This document shows, in pieces, positions 53,007 through 64,000 of a DNA stretch of 64,000 nt. The translations under genes were made by a program, and so were the position numbers. The DNA is from Nitrospirales bacterium (lineage in GTDB: Bacteria > Nitrospirota > Nitrospiria > Nitrospirales > UBA8639), in NCBI GenBank assembly GCA_963422365.1, contig OY729426.1:672001-736000 (forward strand), written 5' to 3'. Positions within the stretch are counted from its first letter, which is position 1; each line of letters starts with the position of its first letter. The notes under the pieces are model-generated. The model saw only the letters and a program-made list of their open reading frames with translations, made no database searches and had not been told where the DNA came from.

Positions 53007-54737
53007 ATGGAAAAACGGATCATCCTCTTCCTGCTTCTTTCGTTCGGTATCATTTTTGGGTTTGACTTTTTTCTGAAAGAGCTGGGACTGATGCCGGAAC
53101 CCCCACCCACTGAGGAGGAACGAGAGGCCTCTCCCGCAGGGTACGACCCCCTCTCTCCCACTGGCAGTATTCAGGACGCCTCATCAGATGTTCGTCCTCA
53201 TGGAGACGAACAAGAAACGTCACTCAACAGGGGACACAACTTAGAAGAAATTGAGACTCCACTCTATCGGGCAACGTTCATAAACAGGGGAGCACAGATT
53301 CAAAGCTGGCAACTGAAACAGTATTTGACCCAAGACGAAGACGACCCTCGACCCATCGAGTTTATTTACCCGGAAGGACATTTTGCAGGCCCGGTGTCCA
53401 TGCAGGTTGCCGATCCGGCTGTCAACGCCATGCTCAACAACAGCCTGTTTGAAGTGAGTCGGGACTTTGACACTCTCGACGAAGTCCATCCCACGGGCCA
53501 TCTGACCTTTTCCTATCGTAACGACGAACACAGCCTTCTGGTGGAAAAGGAATTTACCTTTACCTATGACTCCTATTTGGTCGACGTGTCCATTCACATC
53601 GAAGGCCTTGAAGAAGATGCCGTCGAGGTGTTGTTGGGCACCAATTTCGGGGTGGTGGAATGGGGGCAAGGGTTTATCGGTGCCCTAGGGCCGGCTTGGA
53701 TGATTGATGATGTGTTGGAAAAGGAAACCCCTGACCCTGAGATTCGACGTTCTGGCGACATCCGCTGGGCGGCGCTTCAGGATAAATATTTTATTAGTGT
53801 CCTGATTCCTCAGGGGGCCCAAGGGGTTTTTGCGAAAACGGAAGCTGAACGGGTGGTGACGTCAGGCGTGGAGTTCCCGGTTGACAAGGGAGGCAGCCAG
53901 CTACAATTTCAACTCTATGCCGGCCCCAAACAATTTGATGTCATGCGATCGTTGGGCCATGGCTTAGAGGATACGATCGATTTTGGATGGTTTATTTATG
54001 GGAGTTGGGGAATTGTGAAAGCGGTGGCCAAGCCGCTGTTTTATGTTCTCCGTTTTCTTTATGAGTACACCCAAAATTATGGTGTGGCGATTATTCTCTT
54101 AACGTGTGGCATTAAGCTGTTGTTTGTTCCCCTGCAATACAAGAGCTACAAATCCATGCAGGGCATGCAAACAATCCAACCCCAAATCAAGGCCGTGCAA
54201 GCCAAGTTGAAAGATGATCGAGAACGTCTCAATCGAGAGCTGATCAAGTTATACAAAGAGCATAAGGTCAATCCGGTCGGCGGGTGTTTGCCGATGGTGT
54301 TACAGATGCCCGTCTTTATCTCTCTGTTTAATATTTTGTACATGACCGTGGATCTTCGGAAGGCACCCTTTCTCCTGTGGATTACGGATTTGTCGATCCC
54401 GGACCCGTATTATGTTTTTCCGATTTTGATGGGAGCATCGATGGTGCTTCAACAGAAAATCATGCCCACCACCATGGATCCCACTCAAGCCAAAATGATG
54501 TTGTTGTTGCCGGTTTTTCTGACATTTCTCTTTTTGACCTTTCCCGCCGGGTTAGTGATTTATTGGTTGACCAATAATGTGTTGACGATTCTGCAACAGG
54601 TGGTGACGGATCGATTTATTTTAAAACCCCCAACGTTCAACCAGCCGGTACCAGCCGGTGATGACTCCTTAACGAAACCCACGAATGGAGAGACCGGCGC
54701 GTCTAAAAAGAAAAAGGGCAAAGCCAAGGAGTCTTAA
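53007..54737 (+). CDS. yidC: membrane protein insertase YidC
   Basis: LYAGPK, IDFGW, NYGVAIILLT, VNPVGGCLP, GLVIYWLTNN. Confidence 0.96.
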   Translation: MEKRIILFLLLSFGIIFGFDFFLKELGLMPEPPPTEEEREASPAGYDPLSPTGSIQDASSDVRPHGDEQETSLNRGHNLEEIETPLYRATFINRGAQIQSWQLKQYLTQDEDDPRPIEFIYPEGHFAGPVSMQVADPAVNAMLNNSLFEVSRDFDTLDEVHPTGHLTFSYRNDEHSLLVEKEFTFTYDSYLVDVSIHIEGLEEDAVEVLLGTNFGVVEWGQGFIGALGPAWMIDDVLEKETPDPEIRRSGDIRWAALQDKYFISVLIPQGAQGVFAKTEAERVVTSGVEFPVDKGGSQLQFQLYAGPKQFDVMRSLGHGLEDTIDFGWFIYGSWGIVKAVAKPLFYVLRFLYEYTQNYGVAIILLTCGIKLLFVPLQYKSYKSMQGMQTIQPQIKAVQAKLKDDRERLNRELIKLYKEHKVNPVGGCLPMVLQMPVFISLFNILYMTVDLRKAPFLLWITDLSIPDPYYVFPILMGASMVLQQKIMPTTMDPTQAKMMLLLPVFLTFLFLTFPAGLVIYWLTNNVLTILQQVVTDRFILKPPTFNQPVPAGDDSLTKPTNGETGASKKKKGKAKES

Positions 54738-54779
54738 CAACAATGGAAGGCCATATCTCATGCGGCCTGGAAGACTCTG

Positions 54780-56234
54780 ATGGAAAGCTCAGTTGACGAT
54801 ACCATTTGTGCAATTGCGACTCCCATCGGGGAAGGGGGGGTTGGAATCATTCGTGTCAGCGGTGCACGCGCCATTGAAGTGGCCGCTCGCGTCGTTCGTC
54901 CTCGCAATCAGCAACTCCTGCAACAACTGAAAAGTCACTGCATGTATGTGAGCGATGTGATGTGTCCGGAGGGAGCATTTGTTCCTGTATGGTCAGAAGG
55001 AACGAGCTCGGCTCTAGATGAGGCCTTGGTTGTGGTCATGCGCAAACCACATTCGTATACGGGCGATGACGTGGTGGAAATTCAGACCCATGGGGGTGCC
55101 TGGATCTTGCATGCAACCTGCCAGGGCTTGATTCATTATGGCGCCAGACTGGCGCAACCCGGGGAGTTTACCAAACGAGCGTTTTTAAACGGCCGGCTAG
55201 ATCTCACTCAGGCAGAGGCAGTACTTGATACGATTCAAGCCACCACCACCAGGAGCCTGCAGGCTGCCCAATCCTTATTACGCGGGTCCCTCTCAAGAGA
55301 AATTGAAACGCTCAGGGAAAGACTCATGCGAGTCCTGGCACACATTGAAGCCGGGATGGATTTTGTTGAAGAGGATATTGCCTTTATTCAAACGCCTGAA
55401 GTGCAACAGGCCTTAACGGACACGCAACAGGCCTTGGAGAGGTTAATCGCGTCCTATGAGGAAGGGCGCATGATTCGAGAAGGCATCAAAGTTGCCATCA
55501 TTGGACGCCCCAACGTTGGCAAATCGAGTCTTCTCAATGCGCTGCTGAAACTGGATAGAGCGATTGTGTCGGATCAACCGGGGACGACCCGTGACGTCAT
55601 TGATGAGTCATTGAACGTCCGGGGGATCCCTCTGCGATTACTGGATACGGCAGGACTACGACAGACGCAGGATATGATCGAAGGGGAAGGCATTCGTCGA
55701 ACGGAGGACGCGATTTCGGATGCCGATGTAGTAGTACTCGTGGTCGATGGCTCCATGGGTGTCACGGACGAAGACCGCGTTGTGTTCAAAACATATTGCT
55801 CCCGAAAATATCTTCTCGTGATGAATAAAATGGATCTCCCCGAATCCCAGACGGTTAATGCACACGAGGGCTCCTTCCCTCTCCTCCTGGGGGAGAGCCA
55901 GGGTGAAGGAAAAGGAGCAGGGTTTATTAAAATTTCGGCCAAAACAGGGGCTGGCCTTGATCATTTAACCTCAGTCATTCACAGTTTATGTCTCAAAGAA
56001 GGGCTGGAGGCGGCCCCGTCCGTTCTTGTGACGAGGCTTCGACAGAAGGCAAGCTTGGAGCAGGCACACCGCTCCACTGCAGAGGCCATGCATTCCCTTC
56101 AAAGAAGAGAATTTGGAGAATGTGTGGCGTTAGATATTCGAGCAGCGCTTGAGGCGTTGGGGGAAATCACCGGCGCAGTCAGTACGGAGGACATTTTGGA
56201 TCGAATTTTCCAGGACTTCTGCATTGGGAAGTAA
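54780..56234 (+). CDS. mnmE: tRNA modification GTPase MnmE
   Basis: DTICAIAT, PGEFTKRAFLNGRLDL, GRPNVGKSS, GTTRD, DTAG, FCIGK. Confidence 0.97.
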   Translation: MESSVDDTICAIATPIGEGGVGIIRVSGARAIEVAARVVRPRNQQLLQQLKSHCMYVSDVMCPEGAFVPVWSEGTSSALDEALVVVMRKPHSYTGDDVVEIQTHGGAWILHATCQGLIHYGARLAQPGEFTKRAFLNGRLDLTQAEAVLDTIQATTTRSLQAAQSLLRGSLSREIETLRERLMRVLAHIEAGMDFVEEDIAFIQTPEVQQALTDTQQALERLIASYEEGRMIREGIKVAIIGRPNVGKSSLLNALLKLDRAIVSDQPGTTRDVIDESLNVRGIPLRLLDTAGLRQTQDMIEGEGIRRTEDAISDADVVVLVVDGSMGVTDEDRVVFKTYCSRKYLLVMNKMDLPESQTVNAHEGSFPLLLGESQGEGKGAGFIKISAKTGAGLDHLTSVIHSLCLKEGLEAAPSVLVTRLRQKASLEQAHRSTAEAMHSLQRREFGECVALDIRAALEALGEITGAVSTEDILDRIFQDFCIGK

Positions 56235-56292
56235 TGACTAGGAAATTATACGTGTAGCAACGCAAACTCATTTAAAAGAGTGGAGTGGAACG

Positions 56293-56842
56293 ATGAAACA
56301 AATGGCAATCAAGCTGTTCATGTTCGGAACTCTCTTCATGGGAAGCCTCGACGCTCGGGCAGACAGTGGTAATCCGTTCGGGTTCGAGACGAACACGTAT
56401 CCTCTAGAGTATGAGTATTGTAAAAAGGAAAAAGATCCTAAAAAGTCTGGTTTCAGGGGTCATGGGTATAAATGCAGTTCTGCCCTCAGACCTCCCCCAG
56501 ACCTTCAAAAGTACGTCCTGCTTTTTGTTGAAGACATTGGCCGTTGCTCGATTAGTGCTCTTTACTTGGCACGAGAAATTAGCGGAGTTCGAGATGTTCA
56601 AAGATCAGATCGCTAAACAATAGGCCCCCCCCCACTTCTAAAGCGGGAACAGGTCAGAATTTGTTTATCATTGGTCGCCAAAGGCTGTGTTGAATGGATT
56701 AGGTGACGTTAAAGCAATACAGTTAATGGCCGACCAGGTGAATGACGGGTGGTACAAAGTCGAAGTAAGTGTCGTTTTCTGGCTTGGACCATTTAATCCG
56801 TGATTGAAGAACATCGACGACAAAACGGATCGTACACTATAA
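56293..56842 (+). pseudogene. degraded exported hypothetical protein
   Basis: Signal peptide, then NPFG..., continuing in shifted frames (FKDQIAKQ* and YHWSPK...). No family recognised. Confidence 0.45.
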
Positions 56843-56910
56843 GAAGTTGAGGCACTACGAGGGGTGGCTGTTGAAGGAGTGCGTGGGACGGTAAACGAGG
56901 AGGATTTGGC

Positions 56911-57334
56911 ATGGAAGACAGAAGCGAACCTTTGAGGAAGTGCGTGGATTTGAGGAAGTACGAGGAATTGGGAAACACAAAAGACCTTGTGGGTGAGTTT
57001 CTGAACGAGTTGAGGAATGCAGGCGTTGAAATTACGCAAATAAAAGGAAATGCATACATTCTGAAAAAGGGGGGGTGTGAGCGTGGGGGCCTTGATACAC
57101 AAATATACTCCATCCGAACCCCCTCCAGCATTCTGGGGGATATCTCAAAACCAAGTCGATCGAATGCATAAGAAGTATCCGAGGAATTGGAGGGTTGTCT
57201 GTTTGCGAGGAGAAGAAACTTTTGAGTTTGGCTTTTGGATACACGGTGAACACTTTCACAGCCTCGCAGAAGGTCCATATCCGGGCAGAGAGTCTTATAG
57301 GATTCATCAACGCAAGTTAGAGAAGAGTCCCTAG
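56911..57334 (+). pseudogene. fragmented hypothetical protein
   Basis: RBS GGAGG before ATG 56911; overlapping ORFs 56911-57171 and 57077-57334. Confidence 0.35.
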
Positions 57335-57442
57335 GCTCAGCGGTTTGGAACGGTTTCTGAATTTCTTCAACAAGCCCATATCTTATAACTGCGTTTTTTA
57401 AAGTTGAGGCACTAACTATACCTATACCGTCCTTTCCACTGT

Positions 57443-57776
57443 GTCATTCCCGCAGGGTGTTAGAGGTAGTCTATTCTCCGATGAAAACCTTCGGAGGCAG
57501 GCGTGTTGTTGCTGTGTGCTGTTCCTCACGAACGGAAGTGGGGCGGAAGAGAGGGATCACCGCTACAAAGACTGGATTCCCGATTACTGCCTTCGGGAAT
57601 GACATCCGGGTAGATTGCGGGGATGACAAGAAAAACCGCGAATGCCAGAGAGGTCGTCAACTTTCCTTGATAATTCCCAAGCGAAACTATTAGAGCGTGC
57701 ACACTAAGTGCGCGATGGGATGTGTCGAATGGTGCTCAAACACCTCTGAGGAGTAGGCCGCATCTTATGCGGCCAA
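57443..57776. repeat. composite cluster of palindromic repeats upstream of mnmG
   Basis: GTCATTCCCG-family arms at 57443 and 57572-57603, the ~50-bp repeat at 57695-57741 and a GTAG REP at 57753-57776. Confidence 0.7.
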
Positions 57777-57894
57777 GCCGGTGCCATGAGATGTCGCCGC
57801 TACAAAGACTAGGGCATATTCACATGGCGAACCATTTTTCAGCAAATTCAATAAGTGATGTTATAGATCGAACTAAACCTAGGTAAATTTACTC

Positions 57895-59772
57895 ATGTCA
57901 ATTCAAAGAGATGTCATTGTCATTGGAGGGGGGCACGCAGGGTGCGAAGCGGCGCTGGCGGCAGCCAGAATGGGGTGCCGGGTGCTCTTGCTAACCATTG
58001 ATCAAGGCAAGATCGCGCACATGCCGTGTAATCCGGCTGTGGGTGGAATCGGCAAAGGGCATCTGGTCAAGGAAATCGATGCGTTAGGAGGGGAAATTGG
58101 CCGAAACACGGATCAAGCCGGCATCCAATTTCGTATGCTGAATACAAGAAAAGGGCCAGCGGTCAGAGCCACTCGCGTCCAATGCGATAAGGCCTTGTAT
58201 AGAAAGGGCATGCAAGAGACGCTCGCAACCCAGCCAAACCTTGAAATCGTGTCCGGGACAGCTACGAACATTTTGACCAAAGGCGGTGCGATCCAGGGCA
58301 TCTTGAACGATCGAGGAGAAACGATTCAGGCCACAGCCGTGATTATCACGTCAGGCACGTTTTTAAAAGGGCTGATTCATATCGGCCTGAACCATATGCC
58401 AGGAGGACGAGCCGGAGAAGCCCCTGCGGAACATCTCTCTGATTGCATGCGGGACTTTGGTTTTGAAATCGGTCGGTTGAAAACCGGTACGCCGCCACGA
58501 TTAGACCGAGATTCTATTAATTTTGACGTCATGGGCGTGCAACGCGGCGATGTGCCGCCACGGCCATTTTCCTTTCGGACCCCACGTATTACGAACCCCC
58601 AAATCGCCTGTCACCTGACGTACACAAATGAACGCACGCATGAGATTATTCTAAACAACCTGGACAGATCTCCCATGTATATGGGGGTGATTGATTCCAT
58701 GGGGCCACGATATTGTCCGTCTATCGAGGATAAGGTCGTTCGGTTTCAAGATAAAATCCAACATCAAATTTTTGTGGAACCCGAGGAACTCGATTCCTCG
58801 TCTTTTTACCCCAATGGAATTTCGACCAGTTTGCCGGTCGATGTGCAGGCTGCCATGCTGAAGACCATCCACGGGTTTGAACGAGCTACAATGCTAAAGC
58901 CCGGCTATGCGATCGAATATGACTACTTTCCCCCGTACCAGCTTCATCAAACGCTCGAAACCAAAAACGTGAAGGGGTTATATCATGCCGGCCAAATAAA
59001 CGGGACCTCCGGGTATGAAGAGGCTGCGGCTCAAGGCATAATGGCTGGGATTAATGCTGCCCTGCAGGTCAAAGGAGAACCGCCACTCATCCTGGATCGA
59101 TCCCAGGCCTATATTGGCGTGCTGATTGATGATCTCATTACGAAGGATGCTCGTGAACCGTACAGGATGTTTACCTCAAGGGCAGAATACCGACTATTGT
59201 TGCGCGAAGATAATGCTGATCAGCGGCTTATGGAAACAGGGTACAGATTAGGGTTGGTGTCAGAAAGCCTGTATGCTACATTTCAAGAAAAAAAACAGGT
59301 TACGGAGCAAGAAATTCGTCGCCTGTTGCACACTCGATTGCCATGGACTCCAGAACAGACAAAGCGTTGGAGCTACATAGAACACAAATTACCTGATCCT
59401 GGTGCAACGCTTGCGCAATTACTCAAGCGTCCAGAATTAACCTACTCCCGATTAATGAACATAGCGGGAGAAGCGGACACAGCAGATACAACAATCAGTG
59501 AAGCCGTTGAAATTTCAATAAAATACGATGGCTATATCAAAAGACAACTCGAACATATTGAAAAATTTAAAAAATTAGAAGGTAAAATCATTCCGACGAA
59601 CTTTCAGTATGACCTCGTCACAGGGTTTTCAAACGAGGTTGCCGAAAAACTGTCAAAAATCAAACCCTCTACAGTGGGGCAAGCTTCGAGAATTTCCGGC
59701 ATGACGCCTGCAGCTATTTCTTTATTGCTTGTTGCCTTGGAACGATTCCAGCGATCGGCGAAAGTCGCATAG
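57895..59772 (+). CDS. mnmG: tRNA uridine-5-carboxymethylaminomethyl synthesis enzyme MnmG
   Basis: [53 protein letters not shown]. Confidence 0.98.
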   Translation: MSIQRDVIVIGGGHAGCEAALAAARMGCRVLLLTIDQGKIAHMPCNPAVGGIGKGHLVKEIDALGGEIGRNTDQAGIQFRMLNTRKGPAVRATRVQCDKALYRKGMQETLATQPNLEIVSGTATNILTKGGAIQGILNDRGETIQATAVIITSGTFLKGLIHIGLNHMPGGRAGEAPAEHLSDCMRDFGFEIGRLKTGTPPRLDRDSINFDVMGVQRGDVPPRPFSFRTPRITNPQIACHLTYTNERTHEIILNNLDRSPMYMGVIDSMGPRYCPSIEDKVVRFQDKIQHQIFVEPEELDSSSFYPNGISTSLPVDVQAAMLKTIHGFERATMLKPGYAIEYDYFPPYQLHQTLETKNVKGLYHAGQINGTSGYEEAAAQGIMAGINAALQVKGEPPLILDRSQAYIGVLIDDLITKDAREPYRMFTSRAEYRLLLREDNADQRLMETGYRLGLVSESLYATFQEKKQVTEQEIRRLLHTRLPWTPEQTKRWSYIEHKLPDPGATLAQLLKRPELTYSRLMNIAGEADTADTTISEAVEISIKYDGYIKRQLEHIEKFKKLEGKIIPTNFQYDLVTGFSNEVAEKLSKIKPSTVGQASRISGMTPAAISLLLVALERFQRSAKVA

Positions 59773-59817
59773 ATATTCAATCTTTTTCCGCCAAGTTTTT
59801 CATCATTCCTTTCAAAA

Positions 59818-59833
59818 TGTTCCACATGGAACA
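59818..59833. other. parS site
   Basis: TGTTCCACATGGAACA versus the consensus TGTTNCACGTGNAACA, close to parAB. Confidence 0.85.
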
Positions 59834-59838
59834 ATGAC

Positions 59839-60528
59839 ATGAAAACCGAACAGCTCGTAGAACTCTTCAGGAATGGGTTTGCAGCCATTGATTTGGAACA
59901 TAACCAAGCAACGATCGATAAATTTTTGGTTTATTTACAAGATCTTGTGAAATGGAATGCAAAAATAAACCTCACAGGCCATAAGGAGGAGCAAAAGATT
60001 ATTGGAAATTTTTTTATCGACTCACTGGCCTGCATCAAGGTTTTTTTGCCGGAAACGGCTTATTCTGTTCTCGATATTGGAAGCGGCGCCGGGTTTCCTG
60101 GAATTCCAATAGGTATTGTTTCCCCTGAACAAGACATCACCCTTCTTGAACCAAATCTGAAGAAAGTGGCCTTTCTTCATCATATTATTGGGGTCCTTGG
60201 ATTAAAAAACATTCGAGTCGAATCAAGTCGGATCGAACATTTTTCAGGAAAACCTGAGTTTCATGAAACATTTGACTGGGTGTTTATGAAAGCATTGCGA
60301 TTTGATGTTGGTTTACCCTATGTTAGCCAGATCCTGTCTGAGTCTGGGAAGTGTGTTTTTTGTCGGACTAAACCCCTGTCCCTTGATCTTGAGCTTAAAA
60401 AATTCTCAGTCATAAATGAAATTACGTACGAATTACCTTTTGGGTTAGGAGAAAGAATCCTCAGTATTGTCGGCCCTGTAAAGGATGTTTCTAAGACAAT
60501 GTTCCCTGTGGAACATTCAAGACCATAA
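59839..60528 (+). CDS. rsmG: 16S rRNA m7G527 methyltransferase
   Basis: WNAKINLT, DSL, DIGSGAGFPGIP, LLEP..KKVAFL. Confidence 0.93.
   Translation: MKTEQLVELFRNGFAAIDLEHNQATIDKFLVYLQDLVKWNAKINLTGHKEEQKIIGNFFIDSLACIKVFLPETAYSVLDIGSGAGFPGIPIGIVSPEQDITLLEPNLKKVAFLHHIIGVLGLKNIRVESSRIEHFSGKPEFHETFDWVFMKALRFDVGLPYVSQILSESGKCVFCRTKPLSLDLELKKFSVINEITYELPFGLGERILSIVGPVKDVSKTMFPVEHSRP
60500..60515. other. degenerate parS site within the rsmG 3' end
   Basis: TGTTCCCTGTGGAACA. Confidence 0.6.
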
Positions 60529-60559
60529 CGAGACGGGGGTCTGGTGAGAAAATCGCTCG

Positions 60560-61330
60560 ATGGATAAAATCATCGCAGTCACGAATCAAAAAGGCGGGGT
60601 CGGAAAAACAACAACCGCCATAAACTTGTCGGCTGCGCTGGCGCTGTGTGAACAGAAGGTGTTACTGGTTGATATTGACCCACAGGCCAATGCTACAAGC
60701 GGGATGGGAGTCGAAAAGCCGACACAAACCCTATATGAGTGTTTGTTCAAAGAAATTCCAGCTACCGATTCGATTATTGCCACTTCAATCTCGCAGTTAG
60801 ACCTTTTACCATCAGGCCCTGATCTTGCCGGAGCAGAAGTCGAATTAGCCGAGATCGTCAATCGAGAAGAACGATTAAAGCGTCTTCTCTCACCTATTAC
60901 CAATCAGTACCATTTCGTCATTCTGGATTGTCCGCCGTCCTTGGGACTCCTCACGGTGAATGCGCTGACGGCTGCAAAATCGGTGTTGATCCCTGTTCAA
61001 TGTGAATATTATGCCATGGAAGGTTTAGGAAGGCTTTTGTCGACGATCGAGAGGATACGTGGAAGCTTCAACACAGCCTTATCAATCAAGGGGATACTCT
61101 TAACCATGTGTGATGCCAGGCTTACCCTTTCGAGGCAAGTCTCAGAGGAAGTCAAAAATTTTTTCCCTAATAAAGTATATCAATCGATTATCCCAAGAAA
61201 CGTGGCATTAGCCGAGGCCCCAAGTTATGGACGCCCTGGAGTGCTCTACAATTCGGCGTCTATGGGGGCGAAGGCCTATATGGACTTTGCAAAGGAGTTT
61301 TTGGAAAATGGAAAAGAAAGCACTGGGTAA
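60560..61330 (+). CDS. parA: chromosome partitioning ATPase ParA/Soj
   Basis: NQKGGVGKTTT, DIDPQANAT, DCPPSLG, PVQCEYYAMEG, IPRNV.LAEAPSYG. Confidence 0.96.
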   Translation: MDKIIAVTNQKGGVGKTTTAINLSAALALCEQKVLLVDIDPQANATSGMGVEKPTQTLYECLFKEIPATDSIIATSISQLDLLPSGPDLAGAEVELAEIVNREERLKRLLSPITNQYHFVILDCPPSLGLLTVNALTAAKSVLIPVQCEYYAMEGLGRLLSTIERIRGSFNTALSIKGILLTMCDARLTLSRQVSEEVKNFFPNKVYQSIIPRNVALAEAPSYGRPGVLYNSASMGAKAYMDFAKEFLENGKESTG

Positions 61331-62147
61331 AGGCCTGGCAGCCCTTTTGCCGGAGAGCAAAGCGAAAGGGTCAGAGCAAACGATTCACATGATTCCCGTG
61401 ACTCAAATTCTGCCGAACAGGTATCAGCCGAGAAAAACGTTTGCCGAACAAGATCTCAGAGAATTGACGGAATCTATTAAGCAGCATGGGATTCTTCAAC
61501 CTGTCCTTGTGCGGCGAAAGGGTGAGGGTCTCTATGAACTCATTGCAGGGGAGCGGCGGTTCCGTGCGGCCACATTGGCGCATCTGCCGTCCGTCCCAGC
61601 GGTGATTCGCAAATCAAGTGACGAACAATCCACGATATTATCCCTAATCGAAAATATACAAAGAAGCAATTTGAATCCTGTTGAAGAAGCCAAGGCCTAT
61701 CGCCAGCTGATCGATGAATTGGGGTTGACTCAAGAAGCCGTGGCTGAACGGGTAGGACGCGACCGGGCGTCAGTCGCCAATATCTGCAGAATTCTCTCCT
61801 TACCGTATGAAGTCCAAGGCATGGTGGCCTCCGGTCAATTGACACTGGGGCATGCAAAGGTCATTCTTGGTATAAGAAATTCTGAAGACCCATTGAAGCT
61901 GGCAAAGCGAATTCTTCGCGATCAGCTTTCCGTCAGACAGGTGGAGCAATTGGTCAAGAACGGGTCCAGAAAAGCGAGATCTCGCCAAACGGCTAAAAGC
62001 CCAGGCCATGCCGATGTGGAAGATCGCCTCCGAAAACACTTAGGAACAAAAGTCGTGATTCGCTCAACACAGCAGAAGGGTGAAGTGATTCTCAGTTATT
62101 ATTCCCAGGAAGATTTGACACGAATCATCGACGTGATTTTATCATAA
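61308..62147 (+). CDS. parB: chromosome partitioning protein ParB
   Basis: ALGKGLAALL, PNRYQPRK.F, LIAGERRFRA, ENIQRSNLNPVEEA. Confidence 0.96.
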   Translation: MEKKALGKGLAALLPESKAKGSEQTIHMIPVTQILPNRYQPRKTFAEQDLRELTESIKQHGILQPVLVRRKGEGLYELIAGERRFRAATLAHLPSVPAVIRKSSDEQSTILSLIENIQRSNLNPVEEAKAYRQLIDELGLTQEAVAERVGRDRASVANICRILSLPYEVQGMVASGQLTLGHAKVILGIRNSEDPLKLAKRILRDQLSVRQVEQLVKNGSRKARSRQTAKSPGHADVEDRLRKHLGTKVVIRSTQQKGEVILSYYSQEDLTRIIDVILS

Positions 62148-62259
62148 CAAATCCAGCAGGGCCGGTTGGGTTAGAGGAGAGGCGGTCCTCCTCTTCCTCT
62201 TGCACCAACCGTAGCTCCTAAGCCGAGGTCTTTTCGGTTTGTAAAGAGAGGGCAGTCTT

Positions 62260-62712
62260 ATGTGGGGTGCAAAAGCCGATAAAAAATGGGACGCGATTTT
62301 TGAGGAAGCTACCTACACGTTTCTCGGAAAAGCCGTAGACTTCAAAGGAAAAGCCAAATTCGACGGCAGTGTCCGAATCGACGGACATTTTGACGGTCAC
62401 ATCATTGCGGAAGATACCCTCATTCTTGGCGAACATGCGGTCATTAAGGGTGAGATCGTCTGTGGAATTATTATCTGTAGCGGCAAGGTCGATGGAAATA
62501 TTACGGCTTCCCAAAAGGTCCAACTACTGAAACCGGCTGTGCTGGTCGGCGGTGTTCGTACTCCATCTTTTTCCATGGAAGAGGGAGTCCTGTTTCATGG
62601 CACGTGCGATATGGACATCAACGGACTTGATGACATCCCGTCTCAATCCGGTGATGTAGAAAATATAGAAAATGTTCTCATGATCTCTCAACACGCTGAG
62701 ATCACAAAGTAA
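62260..62712 (+). CDS. bactofilin (polymer-forming cytoskeletal protein)
   Basis: TFLGK...FKG..KFDGSVRIDG...G.I, EEGVLFHG.CDM. Confidence 0.88.
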   Translation: MWGAKADKKWDAIFEEATYTFLGKAVDFKGKAKFDGSVRIDGHFDGHIIAEDTLILGEHAVIKGEIVCGIIICSGKVDGNITASQKVQLLKPAVLVGGVRTPSFSMEEGVLFHGTCDMDINGLDDIPSQSGDVENIENVLMISQHAEITK

Positions 62713-62735
62713 GATCTCAAAAAGAAGCCGATTCC

Positions 62736-63875
62736 ATGATGTCCAAACCAACTGTCCTTCTCGGGATGAGCGGAGGCGTCGATAGCTCTGTCGCAGCATT
62801 ACTGCTGACGGAACAGGGCTATGACGTGAAAGGGGTAACGCTGCAAGTATGGGAAAACGAAGATGAAACCACGGCCGTGACGAAGAAATGGGAAGAACGT
62901 GGCTGTTGCAAAGTCGGCTTGGCCCGGCACGTCGCTCAGCGATTAGGCATTCCCCATGAAGTGGTTGATACCCGGGAGATCTTTCGCAAAAACGTGGTGG
63001 ATGATTTTATTTCAGGTTATTTGGGTGGGACCACCCCCAATCCTTGTGTTCGATGTAATGAACGGGTGAAGTTTGGGATGTTATACCAATTAGCGAAAGC
63101 TAGGGGGACCAACTTTGTGGCCACCGGTCATTATGCCCGGGTGTTACCCGTCGGTGAGGGGGTTGGCTTATTTCGAGGCGTCGATATCAAAAAGGAGCAA
63201 TCCTATTTTTTGTACAGGATCCCTGCCACTTGGCTTCCTCATATCCTGTTTCCCGTCGGCCGTCTCCACAAAACAGAGGTATGGGAGCGGGCTGAAGACT
63301 TAGCCCTTCCGGCCGATGAAATGAAGGAAAGTCAAGAAATTTGTTTTGTCACCCAAGGGGACTATCGCAAATTTTTAACCGTAGAAGCGCCACAAGCGCG
63401 ACGGTCAGGCCCCTTTCTTGATCCGGAGGGGAAAAAAATCGGAGAGCATCGAGGCATTGCATTTTATACGCCCGGGCAACGAAAGGGGTTGGGGATTGCA
63501 AGCGGTGAACGCCTCTACGTCAAAGAAGTGAACCCTGAAACAAATGCGGTCGTCTTAGGACGGGCAGAAGACCTTTTTCGACAAACGTGCACGGTTCATG
63601 ATTTGAATTGGTTGGGTGAAGCATGGCCCGAGACCCTGAATCATGTCGACATCAAGTATCGGTATGCCGCGCCGGTAGTCTCCGGTCGTGTTCAGCAGCA
63701 TACTCCAGGGACCCTCTCCATAGAATTCCAAGAACCGCAACAAGCACCGAGTCCCGGTCAGTCGCTGGTCCTCTATCAAGGCGACCGCGTTCTAGGGGGT
63801 GGGATCATCGAATCATTCCACAGCCGCTGTATCTCACAGCCGGCAAGCGAAACAACGAGTCGTTCGGCAACGTGA
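62736..63875 (+). CDS. mnmA: tRNA 2-thiouridine(34) synthase
   Basis: GMSGGVDSS, TPNPCVRCN, ATGHYAR, ESQEICF, YTPGQRKGLG, PGQ. Confidence 0.97.
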   Translation: MMSKPTVLLGMSGGVDSSVAALLLTEQGYDVKGVTLQVWENEDETTAVTKKWEERGCCKVGLARHVAQRLGIPHEVVDTREIFRKNVVDDFISGYLGGTTPNPCVRCNERVKFGMLYQLAKARGTNFVATGHYARVLPVGEGVGLFRGVDIKKEQSYFLYRIPATWLPHILFPVGRLHKTEVWERAEDLALPADEMKESQEICFVTQGDYRKFLTVEAPQARRSGPFLDPEGKKIGEHRGIAFYTPGQRKGLGIASGERLYVKEVNPETNAVVLGRAEDLFRQTCTVHDLNWLGEAWPETLNHVDIKYRYAAPVVSGRVQQHTPGTLSIEFQEPQQAPSPGQSLVLYQGDRVLGGGIIESFHSRCISQPASETTSRSAT

Positions 63876-64000
63876 AACGTCGTCGAATCCCAAGCCAGGC
63901 TGAGTTCAAAGGCTCTCAATAAAAGCGATAGCCTGTATCGGGCGCTTCACCGTGACACTGACGACTTCACTTGCGACTTTTGTCTGGGCAAAAATTCGAG

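Noticed and set aside
62162..62212. Long imperfect hairpin after parB
   Set aside because: Could be a terminator or RNA element, but it has no U-tract, no recognised family and only a single copy.

Overview
Chromosomal origin region of a bacterium, most likely a Nitrospirota/Nitrospirales member (inferred from protein style and gene order, not verified). The backbone is housekeeping genes: gpsA, larB/larC, pdxA, rsmB, rpe, an archaeal-type pheS/pheT pair, thrS-infC-rpmI-rplT with tRNA-Val(GAC), rfaE2, mfd, surA-like, engB, smpB, dnaA-dnaN-gyrB-gyrA, hisS, rpmH-rnpA-yidD-yidC-mnmE, mnmG-rsmG-parA-parB with parS sites, bactofilin and mnmA. A candidate oriC lies upstream of dnaA. Many defence loci are interspersed and most are decaying: two type I RM remnants, a CdnC-like cyclase pseudogene missed by the ORF track, a BglII-type REase/MT-A70 pair, a RelE-type TA pair, an XRE-ImmA peptidase + PIN pair divergent from a short type II CBASS operon (CD-NTase, E2, broken CapV), an RqlH/RqlI-like RecQ-PRTase + DprA pair, and an N-terminal fragment of a type II-B Cas9. 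The one accessory locus that appears fully intact is a translationally coupled three-gene operon (TIGR04255-like, unknown, possible ADP-ribosyltransferase fold; 1714-3433), the best candidate for an undescribed system. Short palindromic repeats are common and several sit in-frame inside conserved genes (dnaN, larC, mnmE).
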